The notes under the pieces are model-generated. The model did no database searches and had not been told where the DNA came from. It saw only the letters and a program-made list of their open reading frames with translations. DNA of 64,000 nt, taken from assembly GCA_002269645.1 (NCBI GenBank), contig NIVC01000616.1, positions 186,001-250,000 on the forward strand, written 5' to 3'. Made by a program: the position numbers and the translations under genes. The stretch comes from Macrostomum lignano. Taxonomy: Eukaryota. Below are positions 48,693-61,400 of this stretch, one piece after another (position 1 is the first letter of the stretch; each line of letters starts with the position of its first letter).

Positions 48693-51600
48693 CACGTTCC
48701 TGTCCCTCCGCTTGGAAATGTCTCTCTTTCAGCAGGTGATCTCAAGCCTTCGCTTTGCTAATTTCATTTCCACCCCTGCCACCCCCGCCAGATACGACTA
48801 CGGCTGCCTCGTAGAGGTGAACAGCCACAGCCTGTTCTCCAAGTGGTTCTCTGAGAGCGGCAAACTTGTCCAGAAAATGTTTGACAAGCTGCACGAACAC
48901 TTGGCCGACGAGCGCTGCCTGGTGTTCGTGCTAGTTGATGAAGTTGAGAGTCTGAGCGCCGCACGCCAGGCCTGTTTGTCAGGCAGCGACCCCAGCGATT
49001 CCATTCGAGTCGTGAACGCCCTGCTCACCCAGCTGGACGCTGTGAAACGGTGGCCCAATGTGCTGGTGCTGACAACCAGCAATATCACTGGGGCCATTGA
49101 TGAGGCCTTCCTGGATCGGTGAGTCCATAAAGACAGTTGTGGATGGCAGAATTACAGTTTCGGTGAGACAGGCGTAGTCTAAAGACAGGCATCAGGTAAA
49201 GTGGCTCGCTTGATGAAGAGTAGATAAATAAAGGTAAATATCAACATGAAGTATTATTTGAGTTGCCGATGCATTTCGTCCATTTGCATTAGGACATCGT
49301 CAGGGTCTTTTTATTGAGAAACAATTTGAACGAATATTCAGTATATATAGATAGTTGAGAGTAACAAGAGTAGTTGAATTGAGAACTCAGTGACTCATTG
49401 AACGAATATTCAGTATATATAGATAGTTGAGAGTAACAAGAGTAGTTGAATTGAGAACTCAGTGACTCATTGAACGAATATTCAGTATATATAGATAGTT
49501 GAGAGTAACAAGAGTAGTTGAATTGAGAACTCAGTGACTCATTGAACGAATATTCAGTATATATAGATAGTTGAGAGTAACAAGAGTAGTTGAATTGAGA
49601 ACTCAGTGACTCATTGAACGAATATTCAGTATATATAGATAGTTGAGAGTAACAAGAGTAGTTGAATTGAGAACTCAGTGACTCATTGAACGAATATTCA
49701 GTATATATAGATAGTTGAGAGTAACAAGAGTAGTTGAATTGAGAACTCAGTGACTCATTGAACGAATATTCAGTATATATAGATAGTTGAGAGTAACAAG
49801 AGTAGTTGAATTGAGAACTCAGTGACTCATTGAACGAATATTCAGTATATATAGATAGTTGAGAGTAACAAGAGTAGTTGAATTGAGAACTCAGTGACTC
49901 ATTGAACGAATATTCAGTATATATAGATAGTTGAGAGTAACAAGAGTAGTTGAATTGAGAACTCAGTGACTCATTGAACGAATATTCAGTATATATAGAT
50001 AGTTGAGAGTAACAAGAGTAGTTGAATTGAGAACTCAGTGACTCATTGAACGAATATTCAGTATATATAGATAGTTGAGAGTAACAAGAGTAGTTGAATT
50101 GAGAATGAAGTACTGTTCCCCTCGCTGTTTACGAGATAGTCTCAATTCAACTACTCTTGTTACTCTCAACTATCTATATATACTGAATATTCGTTCAAAT
50201 TGTTTCTCAATAAAAAGACCTCAAGTTTCTCAAGGGAAATTCTCACGACCATTCTCACGACTCGAATGGAATCTGGAGTTTCTCAAGAATTGAGAAACTC
50301 AATTCAACTACTCTTGTTACTCTCAACTATCTATATATACTGAATATTCGTTCAAATTGTTTCTCAATAAAAAGACCCTGACGATGTCCTAATGCAAATG
50401 GACGAAATGCATCGGCAACTCAAATAATACTTCATGTTGATATTTACCTTTATTTAAAGACAGGCAGTCTGAGTGATACAGGAGTCAGTCGAGAAGAGGA
50501 GTTTAACTCAAAAGAGACAGGTAAGTGAGCAGAGAGACTCAGTGAGACAGGATTGGGGGAAGGGCAGACTCAATGACACATGATTGGGGGGACAGACTCA
50601 ATGACACATGATTTGGAGGGCACAGACTAAATGAGACTGGTTTGGGGGACACAGACTCAGTGTTACATGATTGAAGGGACAGACTCAGTGACACAGACTC
50701 AGTGTGACAGGCTCAGTGACAGGCTCATTGACAGACTCAGTGACAGACTCAGTGAGACAGTGACACAGGATTGGGGGGCACAGACTCAGTGACACATCAT
50801 TTGGAGGGCACAGACTAAATGAGACTGGTTTGGGGGACACAGACTCAGTGTTACATGATTGAAGGGACAGACTCAGTGACACAGACTCAGTGTGACAGGC
50901 TCAGTGACAGGCTCATTGACAGACTCAGTGACACAGACTCAGTGACAGACTCAGTGAGACAGTGACACAGGATTGGGGGGCACAGACTCAGTGACACATG
51001 ATTGGAGGGACAGACTCAGTGACACATGATTGGAGGGACAGACTCAGTGACACATGATTGGAGGGACAGACTCAGTGACACAGGATTGGGGGGCACAGAT
51101 TCAGTGACACAGGATTGGGGGGGCACAGATTCAGTGACACAGGATTGGCGGGCACAGACTCAGTGACACAGACTCAGTGACACAGGATTGGGGGGCACAG
51201 ACTCAGTGACACAGACTCAGTGACACATGATTGGGGGGCACAGACTCAGTGACACAGACTCAGTGACACAGGATTGGGGGGCACAGACTCAGTGACACAG
51301 ACTCAGTGACACAGGATTGGGGGGCACAGACTCAGTGACACAGACTCAGTGACACAGGATTGGGGGGCACAGACTCAGTGACACAGACTCAGTGAGACAG
51401 TGACACATGATTGGAGGGACAGACTCAATGACACATGATTGGAGGGACAGACTCAGTGACACATGATTGGAGGGACAGACTCAGTGACACAGACTCAGTG
51501 AGACAGTGACACATGATTGGAGGGACAGACTCAATGACACATGATTGGAGGGACAGACTCAGTGACACATGATTGGAGGGACAGACTCAGTGACACAGAC

Positions 51601-53233
51601 TCAGTGACAGACTCAGTGAGACAGTGACACAGGATTGGGGGGCACAGACTCAGTGACACAGGATTGGGGGGCACAGACTCAGTGACACAGGATTCGGGGG
51701 CACAGACTCAGTGACACAGGATTGGGGGGCACAGACTCAGTGACACAGACTCAGTGACACAGGATTGGGGGGCACAGACTCAGTGACACAGGATTGGGGG
51801 GCACAGACTCAGTGACACAGGATTGGGGGGCACAGACTCAGTGACACAGGATTGGGGGGCACAGACTCAGTGACACAGGATTGGCGGGCACAGACTCAGT
51901 GACACAGGATTGGGGGGGCACAGACTCAGTGACACAGGATTGGGAGGCACAGACTCAGTGACACCGGATTGGGGGGGGCACAGACTCAGTGACACAGGAT
52001 TGGGGGGGCACAGACTCAGTGACACAGGATTGGGGGGCACAGACTCAGTGACACAGGATTGGGGGGGGGGGCACAGACTCAGTGACACAGGATTGGGGGG
52101 GCACAGACTCAGTGACACAGGATTGGGGGGGGCACAGACTCAGTGACACAGGATTGGGGGGGCACAGACTCAGTGACACAGGATTGGGGGGGGGGCACAG
52201 ACTCAGTGACACAGTATTGGGGGGGCACAGACTCAGTGAGACAGGATTGGGGGGCACAGACTCAGTGACACAGGATTGGGAGGCACAGACTCAGTGACAC
52301 CGGATTGGGGGGGCACAGACTCAGTGACACAGGATTGGGGGGCACAGACTCAGTGACACAAGATTGGGGGGGGGCACAGACTCAGTGACACAGGATTGGG
52401 GGGGGGGCACAGACTCAGTGACACAGGATTGGGGGGGGCACAGACTCAGTGACACAGGATTGGGGGGGCACAGACTCAGTGACACAGTATTGGGGGGGGC
52501 ACAGACTCAGTGAGACAGGATTGGGGGGGCACAGACTCAGTGACACAGGATTGGGGGGGCACAGACTCAGTGACACAGGATTGGGGGGGCACAGACTCAG
52601 TGACACAGTATTGGGGGGGGGGGCACAGACTCAGTGAGACAGGATTGGGGGGCACAGACTCAGTGACACAGGATTGGGGGGGCACAGACTCAGTGACACA
52701 GGATTGGGGGGGGGCACAGACTCAGTGACACAGGATTGGGGGGGGGGCACATACTCAGTGAGACAGGCATGCCAATATTAAAAACCTGGCAACTCCGGCC
52801 CAGCTGCGACCTCTGCCTGCACATCGGACTGCCAGACGAGCCAGCTGTTTACGAGATTCTGGCCAGCTGTCTTCGCGAGCTTCTTCGAGCCGGTGTCGTG
52901 TCGTCGGCGTCAGCTTCGGGCGCAGTGGAGCCGCCCGCAATCTACGCCTACTCGGAGCTGAACCTGCTGGGCGGCGCCGCCTCAGAGCGGCTGGCTCAGA
53001 GCGACACCTTCCGGTGCAGCTTCCGCCTGCTGGCTCTCAGCCGCGCCTGTCGTGGCCTGAGCGGCCGCAGGCTCCGCAAGCTGCCGCTGCTCGCCCACTC
53101 CGTCAGCCTGGCCGACTGTCGCCGGTTCCGCAATGACGGCGCCGCCGGCCTGCTGTTGGATTCGTTCCTGGTTGCCATGGAAACGGCTGCCGTTGCTGCC
53201 GCTCCTGTCGGCGTTAGTACCAACGGGAAGTGA
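47165..53233 (+). CDS. TRIP13: Pachytene checkpoint AAA+ ATPase TRIP13/Pch2, ~459 aa, four exons
   Basis: Exons 47165-47464, 48107-48429, 48792-49118 and 52804-53233, all phases consistent. '[25 protein letters not shown]' (Walker A), '[24 protein letters not shown]', '[11 protein letters not shown]' (Walker B), '[15 protein letters not shown]', '[15 protein letters not shown]'. The start codon choice is inferred from homology. Confidence 0.93.
47690..47940. repeat. Degenerate ~30-bp intronic repeat (AGCCTTGGCATCTCAGCAATACCCC core)
   Basis: Directly visible in TRIP13 intron 1. Confidence 0.8.
48440..48692. repeat. (TCTG)n intronic microsatellite
   Basis: TRIP13 intron 2. Confidence 0.95.
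49225..50456. mobile_element. Foldback/MITE-like non-autonomous element with long modular inverted repeats and an internal 72-bp tandem array
   Basis: 49225-~49385 is the reverse complement of ~50297-50456. The inner part of the left arm is amplified as ~11 copies of a 72-bp unit. Two inverted copies lie on the right (50141-50218, 50297-50378). Both ends are TA. Confidence 0.75.
50520..52767. repeat. Minisatellite (CACAGACTCAGTGACACAGGATTGGGGGG) with variable G-run
   Basis: Directly visible in TRIP13 intron 3. Confidence 0.95.
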
Positions 53234-53274
53234 AAGATTTAAGAGGAGCGCCACTATTCACTGTCCCAATTTAG

Positions 53275-53505
53275 GTTGGCGTTTGGGTTTGGAGTTCGGT
53301 TTTTGGGTTTAGTTTGCATTTATGTTTTTGTGTTTAAAATTTGGATTTAGGTTTTTGGGTTTAAAATTTGGATTTCGATTTTTGGGTTTAAAATTTGGAT
53401 TTAGGTTTTTGGGTTTAAAATTTGGATTTAGGTTTTTGGGTTTAAAATTTGGATTTAGGTTTGGGTTTACAGTTTTGTGTTTAGGTTTGGGTTTATTTTT
53501 GGGTT
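53275..53505. repeat. 27-bp minisatellite (TTAAAATTTGGATTTAGGTTTTTGGGT)
   Basis: Directly visible. Confidence 0.88.
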
Positions 53506-54090
53506 TGGTAATACATGTACGTTGAGTTGTGGCAGTCAGACCTGAAAGATTCAGATACAACTACAACTTAACTTTTATAAAATCAGCGGATTCCTTTCGT
53601 GGCATTTTATTGTTTTTTAAAAAATATTTTTTGTTTTCAAACAATTTCATCAATCTGTTAATTCTGCTGCTGTACCCTAAAGCTCTGATCTGCAAGTCCA
53701 AGCGTTTATTATAGTATTTGCTAATTCAAGCATTTATCTAGTACTATAAATATATGAGTGTGCAGCGCAATATTTTCTATTATAATTTTACAAACCTCCT
53801 TGCTAAACTCAATCCAATTGTACTACTGTTTAGTTGATTAAAATTAATCATTTAAATTAGCTTAATTATATTTAATAAATTAAGTTGCTTAATAAATACT
53901 GCGGATGAGCGAGTCTGCTATTGAATAGAATTGTTTTGCTGTTGCACTCTTTTCTCTTTGCTGTAAGGCAGATGAGGTTGACACCTCATACCGAATTTCG
54001 TGTGCGGCCACTTTCATTTGGGGCTTTTGTGCACTACAAGAGCCAACCTCCCAAGGCACAGAGAATGTACATGCTTGACGATCAGCAAGT

Positions 54091-54780
54091 CAGGGCCTCT
54101 GTAAACCCTGCGTGAGCGGGTGTATGATTGCGTGCCTTAATAAAGTGCACGGCTGTCTGATTTTCAGCTGTCAGAAGACAAACTGTCGCGACTTTCCTAG
54201 TCATTTCTTTAGTTCACCTTCACCTGTCTCTGTTTACTGTTTTCTCTCTCTCTGTCTAGCTCAATCTTGTTATTCTTATCTCTCTCTCCCTTGCTGCGTT
54301 CTGATTGGCTCTCCGTTCTCGCCTCTTTCCTCAGTCGCGCACTCCACCCCCCTTGTCTTATCTTGCACCCCCAAAGTTAATGGATAAATAATCAGCGGTC
54401 CCAGTGCGTGACAACGATTGTCTGGCGAGCGCCGGTAGGCGCGAGCCATAGACAAATCGTTGTCACGTGCTGCGACCGCTGATTCTTTGCATTGTTTTTC
54501 TGTTTGAAGATCCTACAGACAATGCATTGTTTGTAGTAATGGATTGTTCTGCATTAAAAATGTGAATAATGATCGTCAAATTGCTAAACAATGTCATATA
54601 AATATATCGGTTTGGGCCTTGTGCCCACTTACTGGCTCCTTATCTTATTTGTTCAATATTACTCTAATTAAAATGTAGTTCTCGACAGGGCCTCTGTAAA
54701 CCCTGCGTGAGCGTGTGTATGATTACGTGCCTTAATAAAGTGCACGGCTGTCTGATTTTCTGCTGTCAGAAGACAAACTG
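54091..54780. repeat. 95-bp near-identical direct repeat pair (54091-54185 and 54686-54780)
   Basis: CAGGGCCTCTGTAAACCCTGCGTGAGC...AATAAAGTGCACGG...CAGAAGACAAACTG occurs twice, 595 bp apart. Confidence 0.9.
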
Positions 54781-54799
54781 CCCTGCCTGAAAATCAGAT

Positions 54800-57700
54800 A
54801 TGCAGCAGCAGCCCCAGCAGCAGCATGACCAGCTACTCGGCCGGCTGCACCCAACCGCGTCGTCAACTTCGATGTTCAATGCTGCCGCTGCCGCTGTCGG
54901 CGACTCCTGGCCCCGAGGCAAGGCGAACTACAGCATGCAGAAGCTGCTGGGCACTGGCGCCACCTCCAAGGTGTACCGGGCCATCTGTCCCGCTCGCAAC
55001 AATGCCGAGATCGCCATCAAGGTTGTCAACCTGGACAGCAGCTCCGTGTCAATGGACGAGCTGCACCGGGAGACGCAGGGCATGAAGAAGCTGCGACACG
55101 AGAATATTGTTGCCTACTATGGCAGCTTCATCGAGGACAAGTTCCTCTTCATCCTGATGGATCTGTGCGAGCGGTCACTGCTGGATGTGATCAACAAGGT
55201 CAAGGTTGCCAGGAGCATTGCGCACGGGGTGTTTGAGGAGCATACCATTGCTACCATCGTGCGAGAGGTGCTCAAGGGCCTGCAGTATATTCACGAGAAC
55301 GGATTGGTGCACAGGTGAATTGCGGGCTGTGATTGACTGCTATTTTTAATTGAAATAAAATTACTGATTCAAGGCGAAAAGAGGGAATTGGAATTGAGAA
55401 CAACGGATTTGAGGGGTGGGGAAGTGAAGGATGGAGAAGTAAAGGGTGGGGAAGTGGAGGGTGGAGAAGTAAAGGGTGGGGAAGTGAAGGGAATGAGGGG
55501 TGGGGAAGTGAAGGGTGGTAATGAGGGGTGAGGAAGTGATGGATAGGGAATTGAGGGATGGGGAAAAGAGGGTGGGGAAGTGAGGGATGGGGAAGTGAAG
55601 GGTGGGGAACTGAAAGGTGGGGAAGTGAAGGGTGGGGAACTGAAAGGTGGGGAAGTGAAAGGTGGGGAACTGAAAGGTGGGGAAGTGAAAGGTGGGGAAG
55701 TGAAAGGTGGGGAAGTGAAGGGTGGGGAACTGAAAGGTGGGGAAGTGAAGGGTGGGGAACTGAAAGGTGGGGAAGTGAAAGGTGGGGAACTGAAAGGTGG
55801 GGAAGTGAAAGGTGGGGAAGTGAAAGGTGGGGAAGTGAAGGGTGGGGAACTGAAAGGTGGGGAAGTGAAGGGTGGGGAAGTGAAAGGTGGGGAAGTGAAA
55901 GGTGGGGAAGTGAAAGGTGGGGAAGTGAAAGGTGGGGAAGTGAAGGGTGGGGAAGTGAAAGGTGGGGAAGTGAAGGGTGGGGAAGTGAAGGGTGGGGAAG
56001 TGAAAGGTGGGGAAGTGAAGGGTTTTAAAAGTGAGGGGTAGGAGGTGAAGGTTGAGAAAGTGACGGGTTTTGAAAGTGAGGGGTAGGAGGTGAAGGTTGA
56101 GAAAGTGACGGGTTTTGGAAGTGAGGGGTAGGAGGTGAAGGTTGAGAAAGTGACGGGTTTTGAAAGTGAGGGGTAGGAGGTGAAGGTTGAGAAAGTGACG
56201 GGTTTTGAAAGTGAGGGGTAGGAGGTGAAGGTTGAGAAAGTGACGGGTTTTGGAAGTGAGGGGTAGGAGGTGAAGGTTGAGAAAGTGACGGGTTTTGAAA
56301 GTGAGGGGTAGGAGGTGAAGGTTGAGAAAGTGACGGGTTTTGGAAGTGAGGGGTAGGAGGTGAAGGTTGAGAAAGTGACGGGTTTTGGAAGTGAGGGGTA
56401 GGAGGTGAAGGTTGAGAAAGTGACGGGTTTTGGAAGTGAAGGATGGAGAAGGAGGGGTAGAAAGGTGAAATAGTGGAAATGAAGAGGGTTCAGGAGAGTG
56501 GAAAAGCTCAGCAAAGGCTGTAGTGCGCTTTCAGTTTCTTATAAAGCAGTCCGTGTGGCACCCCGACCCTATCCTTCAGGGACATAAAATGCGGCAACAT
56601 ATTGTTAAAGAATGACGGGTCCGTTCAGATTGCCGACTTCGGTGTCACGGCCTTCATCAATACCAACCCGCTGACCGGCTTGTCCGTTAATCCGGTGTCC
56701 AGGCACACCTTTGTCGGCACCCCCTGCTGGATGGCTCCTGAGGTGCGAATCGTTCAGTTTGTTCATCTAGAATCCTGACGAGATATAAAATGCTTCTGGA
56801 AAATTGTTTTTTATATTATCTGTGGACGTTTAACATTCAATATAGTCGATTTAGTATAGTTGGATGGATTTGGCGTTTTTTTTCTTCTATCAGTAGGTCA
56901 GTTACATTATTTGCGTATTTTTCTACTATCAGTAGGTCAGTTTTATTATTTGCGTATTTTTCTACTATCAGTAGGTCAGTTACATTATTTGCGTATTTTT
57001 CTACTATCAGTAGGTCAGTTACAATATTTGCGTATTTTTCTACTATCAGTAGGTCAATTACAATATTTGCGTATTTTTCTACTATCAGTGGGTCAGTTAC
57101 ATTATTTACGTATTTTTTCTACCATCAGATGGTCAGTTACAATATTTACGTATTTTTTTACTATCAGTAGATCAGTTGCAGTATTAGCGTATTTTTTACA
57201 CTATCAGTAGGTCAGTTGCATTACTTACGTATTTTTCTACTACCAGCAGGTCAGTTGCAGTATTAGCGTATTTTTCTACACTATGAGTAGATCAGTTGCA
57301 TTATTTGCGTATTTTTCTACTATCAGTAGGTCAGTCACAATATCTATATATATTTTCTAACTATATTATGTAATGTAAGCATAATTTACTTGTTTTTCTA
57401 TTATAAGTAGGTAATTTATACAGAGTTTAAGTATATATTCACTGTTAGCAGGTCGGAAAATGCAGTGCATTGAAGAGTAAAAGTGATTAATAAGCAAATC
57501 CGCTCACCAGGTGATGGAGCAGCGCCAGTACGGCTACACTACCAAGGCGGATATTTGGAGTCTGGGCATTACGGCTCTGGAGCTGGTGACCGGCAGTGCA
57601 CCCTACGCCAAATTCCCGCCACTGAAGGTGATCATCTTGACGCTGAACAATGACCCACCCAACCTGGCCTCGGTGGAGGAGAAGCCGGGCCAGTACTCCG

Positions 57701-59980
57701 CTTACGGGCATAAGTTTCGCAAGTTCGTGTCCGCTTGTCTGGTACGGAATGACTCGGAGAGGCCGAGCGCCAAGCAGATGCTGCAGCATCCCTTTATTAA
57801 GGTGAGATTATAGGCTAGATGATGAAGCACCGTAGGTACACTCTATGGGGGAAAATCTCCCCGTGTGAATAGATCCCCATGTGATTTTATCCCAAAATTA
57901 TTCCCATGTGAGTATTTCCCTATGTGAGTATATCCCTATGTGAGTATTTCCCTATGTGAGTATATCCCTATGTGAGTTATATCCCTATGTGAGTATATCC
58001 CTATGTGAGTATTTCCCTATGTGAGTATATCCCTATGTGAGTTATATCCCTATGTGAGTATATCCCTATGTGAGTATTTCCCTATATGAGTATATCCCTA
58101 TGTGAGTTATATCCCTATGTGAGTTATATCCCTATGTGAGTATATCCCTATGTATTTCCCTATGTGAGTATATCCTTATGTGAGTTATATCCCTATGTGA
58201 GTTATATCCCTATGTGAGTTATATCCCTATGTGAGTATATCCCTATGTATTTCCCTATGTGAGTATATCCCTATGTGAGTATATCCCTATGTGAGTTATA
58301 TCCCTATGTGAGTATATCCCTATGTGAGTTATATCCCTATGTGAGTATATCCCCATGTGAATATCACCCAATGTGATTTTATCCCAATATTATCCCCGTT
58401 TGAATATATCCCTATGTGAGTATATCCCTGTGAGTATATCCCTATGTGAGTATATCCCCATGTGAATATCACCCCATGTGATTTTATCCCAATATTATCC
58501 CCGTTTGAGTATATCCCTATGTGAGTATATCCCTATGTGAGTATATCCCTATGTGAGTATATCCCCATGTGAGTATATTCCTATGTGAGTATATCCCCAT
58601 GTGAATATCTCCCCATGTGAATATCTCCCCATGTGAATATCTCCTCATGTGAATATCTCCTCATGTGAATATCTCCTCATGTGAATATCACCCCATGTGA
58701 TTTTTTCCAAATATTTTCCCCGTTTGAGTATATCCCTATGTGAGTATATCCCTATGTGAGTATATCCCCATGTGAATATCACCCCATGTGATTTTATCCC
58801 AATATTATCCCCGTTTGAGTATATCCCTATGTGAGTATATCCCTATGTGAGTATATCCCTATGTGAGTATATCCCTATGTGAGTATATCCCTATGTGAGT
58901 ATATCCCTATGTGAGTATATCCCTATGTGAGTATATCCCATGTGAATATCTCCCCATGTGAATATCTCCCTCCGTAAATGTCATAACTATGTGAATATCC
59001 CCAATAGAAATATCCCTATGGCAGTATCTCCCTACACAGAAGTCACCCACTCGCCCGCCCCGCAGGCCAAAGCCAAGGACAAGGAGTACATTGTCCGAGC
59101 CGTGCTCAGCGGCGACTCGCACCACCTGCACCATCACCTGTCGCAGCTGTCTGGCAAGCGGCGCTCTCAGCAGCAGAACGACAGCAACAGCGTCGACTCG
59201 GCAACGCCTGTCGCCATCAGTCAACGCGACGTCGAGGACAATGACGACGAAGAGGACGACGAAGAGGACGAGTGGCAGTTCCCCGAGGGCGCCACCGCCG
59301 CCGCTCCTGCCGCCACCGAGACGGCCGCCGCCCCTGTGTCAGAGTTAGCGGCAGAGGTCGACCAGGACAACTCGGACAGCCGGCTGCCGTGGCTCCGCGC
59401 CGCCCTGTCCGGCAGGCCGGGCTGCCGCGGCGTCTACCTGAAGTTCCGCCTGCGCAAGCGCAAAGACGACGCCCCGTCTCCGGCCGGCGCCGCCGCTCTT
59501 CTCTCCGGCCCCGACAGTCTGGTCGCTGGCGCCGGCGGCGGCTCCATTATTGGCGCCCTGACCTCCGCCGCCGCCGCCGCCGCTCTGGACGGATCCAGCA
59601 ACAACGCCGCCACGGCGCCGGCCTCCGGAGCCTCTTCGTCAACGCTCGGCTCGCAGCCGGTCGCTGGGCTCGCCGAGCTGCAGGACATCAGCTTCGACTT
59701 CGCTGTTGGCAAGGACCGCGCCAACGGCATCACCATGGAGCTGGTGGAGTCCGGCCTGGTCAGCATGCACGACATGGTGGTCATCTCGCGGGCCCTGCAG
59801 ACCCTTATCGACGCGCCGTGGGCTCGAGAGCGAGTGTTCCCGCTGAACACACCGCTACCGTCGGGGGTTTTCGCTGACGAAGCCGAGTTCGTTGGCTACG
59901 CTGGCCTGTCGGTCGTGTCCGTGACGGCGGTGTACGAGGATGCCCGCGAGGAGCCGCTGCGGATTGAGAAAGCGGCTTGA
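54800..59980 (+). CDS. OXSR1: STE20 GCK-VI kinase OSR1/SPAK (fray-like), ~627 aa, four exons
   Basis: Exons 54800-55314, 56580-56742, 57511-57801 and 59066-59980 are in frame. '[12 protein letters not shown]', 'IAIKVVNLD', '[11 protein letters not shown]', 'ADFGV', '[16 protein letters not shown]', '[14 protein letters not shown]', '[17 protein letters not shown]', and the C-terminal CCT/PF2 domain '[29 protein letters not shown]'. OXSR1 versus STK39 cannot be resolved, so this is likely a co-orthologue. Confidence 0.92.
55405..56440. repeat. Two adjacent intronic minisatellites: 15-bp GGTGGGGAAGTGAAA, then a 45-bp unit
   Basis: Directly visible. Confidence 0.93.
56885..57360. repeat. 39-bp AT-rich intronic minisatellite (CTATCAGTAGGTCAGTTACATTATTTGCGTATTTTTCTA)
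   Basis: Directly visible. Confidence 0.9.
57905..58970. repeat. 16-bp intronic minisatellite (ATGTGAGTATATCCCT)
   Basis: Directly visible. Confidence 0.95.
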
Positions 59981-60019
59981 GAGGCCGCCAGTGTTGGGTA
60001 CTTGCGCAGTGACGACCTA

Positions 60020-60560
60020 CTGACCCGCGTGCTGCTGACCCGCGTGCTACTGACCCGCGTCTGCTGACCCGCGTGCTACTGACCCGCGTCTGCTGACCCA
60101 CTGACCCGCGTGCTACTGACCCGCGTGCTGCTGACCCACTGACCCGCGTGCTGCTGACCCACTGACCCGCGTGCTGCTGACCCGCGTGCTGCTGACCCAC
60201 TGACCCGCGTGCTGCTAACCCACTGACCCGCGTGCTGCTGACCCGCATGCTACTGACCCGCGTCTGCTGACCCGCGTGCTGCTGACCCGCATGCTACTGA
60301 CCCGCGTCTGCTGACCCGCGTGCTACTGACCCGCATGCTACTGACCCGCGTCTGCTGACCCGCGTGCTACTGACCCGCGTCTGCTGACCCGCGTGCTACT
60401 GACCCGCGTGCTGCTGACCCACTGACCCGCGTGGTGCTGACCAGCTGACCCACTAGCCCGCGTGCTGCTGACCCGCTGGCCCACCAACCCGTGTGTGATG
60501 CTGTCCTACTGACGCGACCCGTGTGTGATGCTGACCCACCGACCCGTCTGCTGCTGACCT
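60020..60560. repeat. 15-bp minisatellite (CTGACCCGCGTGCTR)
   Basis: Directly visible, just after the kinase stop codon. Confidence 0.92.
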
Positions 60561-60974
60561 ATACTTGAGCTTTCTACTGGCTCAGTGAAATTTTCGAGAA
60601 TTGTCCCTTTACTCACCGGCATGTCATCAACTGTCTGATTCACCAGCATCTGCATTCGCTGATTGTTCACGCATTGGTTGGCACACCTGATTGCGTTTTT
60701 TAATTCTACCAACTGGATTCCATCGCTTGCTGTTTGCCATGGATGCCTAATTGTCAAGGTTGATTGAACTTTGCCCAGCACTTCCGCTCGATTCTTGTAG
60801 ATAGCTACTACTTTCCAGATCATTTTAACACAATTTTCCGCTGCAAATTCTGTACTTTTAACTTTATAAATGCGTTTGTGATTGCCGGTAGCCTTTTTCT
60901 AGGAGCTTCATAAACTTAACACATCGGAGGAATTCGCCTTGAATCTATGCACATTTCTCTTGCCTTCACCACTT

Positions 60975-61400
60975 TAATGTACACTGACTCTTACCCAGCG
61001 CCCACCACCCCAATGTAGCTCGTACACTAACTCTTACCCAGCACCCACCACCCCAATGTACACTAACTCTTACCCAGTGCCCACCACCCCAATGTACACT
61101 GGCTCTTACCCAGCACCCACCAGCCCAATGTACACTAACTCTTACCCAGTGCCCACCACCCCAATGTACACTAACTCTTACCCAGCGCCCACCACCCCAA
61201 TGTACACTGGCTCTTACCCAGCACCCACCAGCCCAATGTACACTGGCTCTTACCCAGCACCCACCACCCCAATGTACACTGGCTCTTACCCAGCGCCCAC
61301 CACCCCAATGTACACTGGCTCTTACCAGCGCCCAAAACCACAACGTACACTGGCTCTCACCCAGCACCCACCACCCCAATGTAGACTGGCTCTCTAGCGC
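60975..61400. repeat. 36-bp minisatellite (TACACTRRCTCTTACCCAGCACCCACCACCCCAATG)
   Basis: Directly visible. Confidence 0.92.

Noticed and set aside
49325-50105. Regular 72-bp repeats as a CRISPR array
   Set aside because: Units are identical end to end with no unique spacers, sit in a eukaryotic intron, and no cas genes are present. The same applies to the other arrays.
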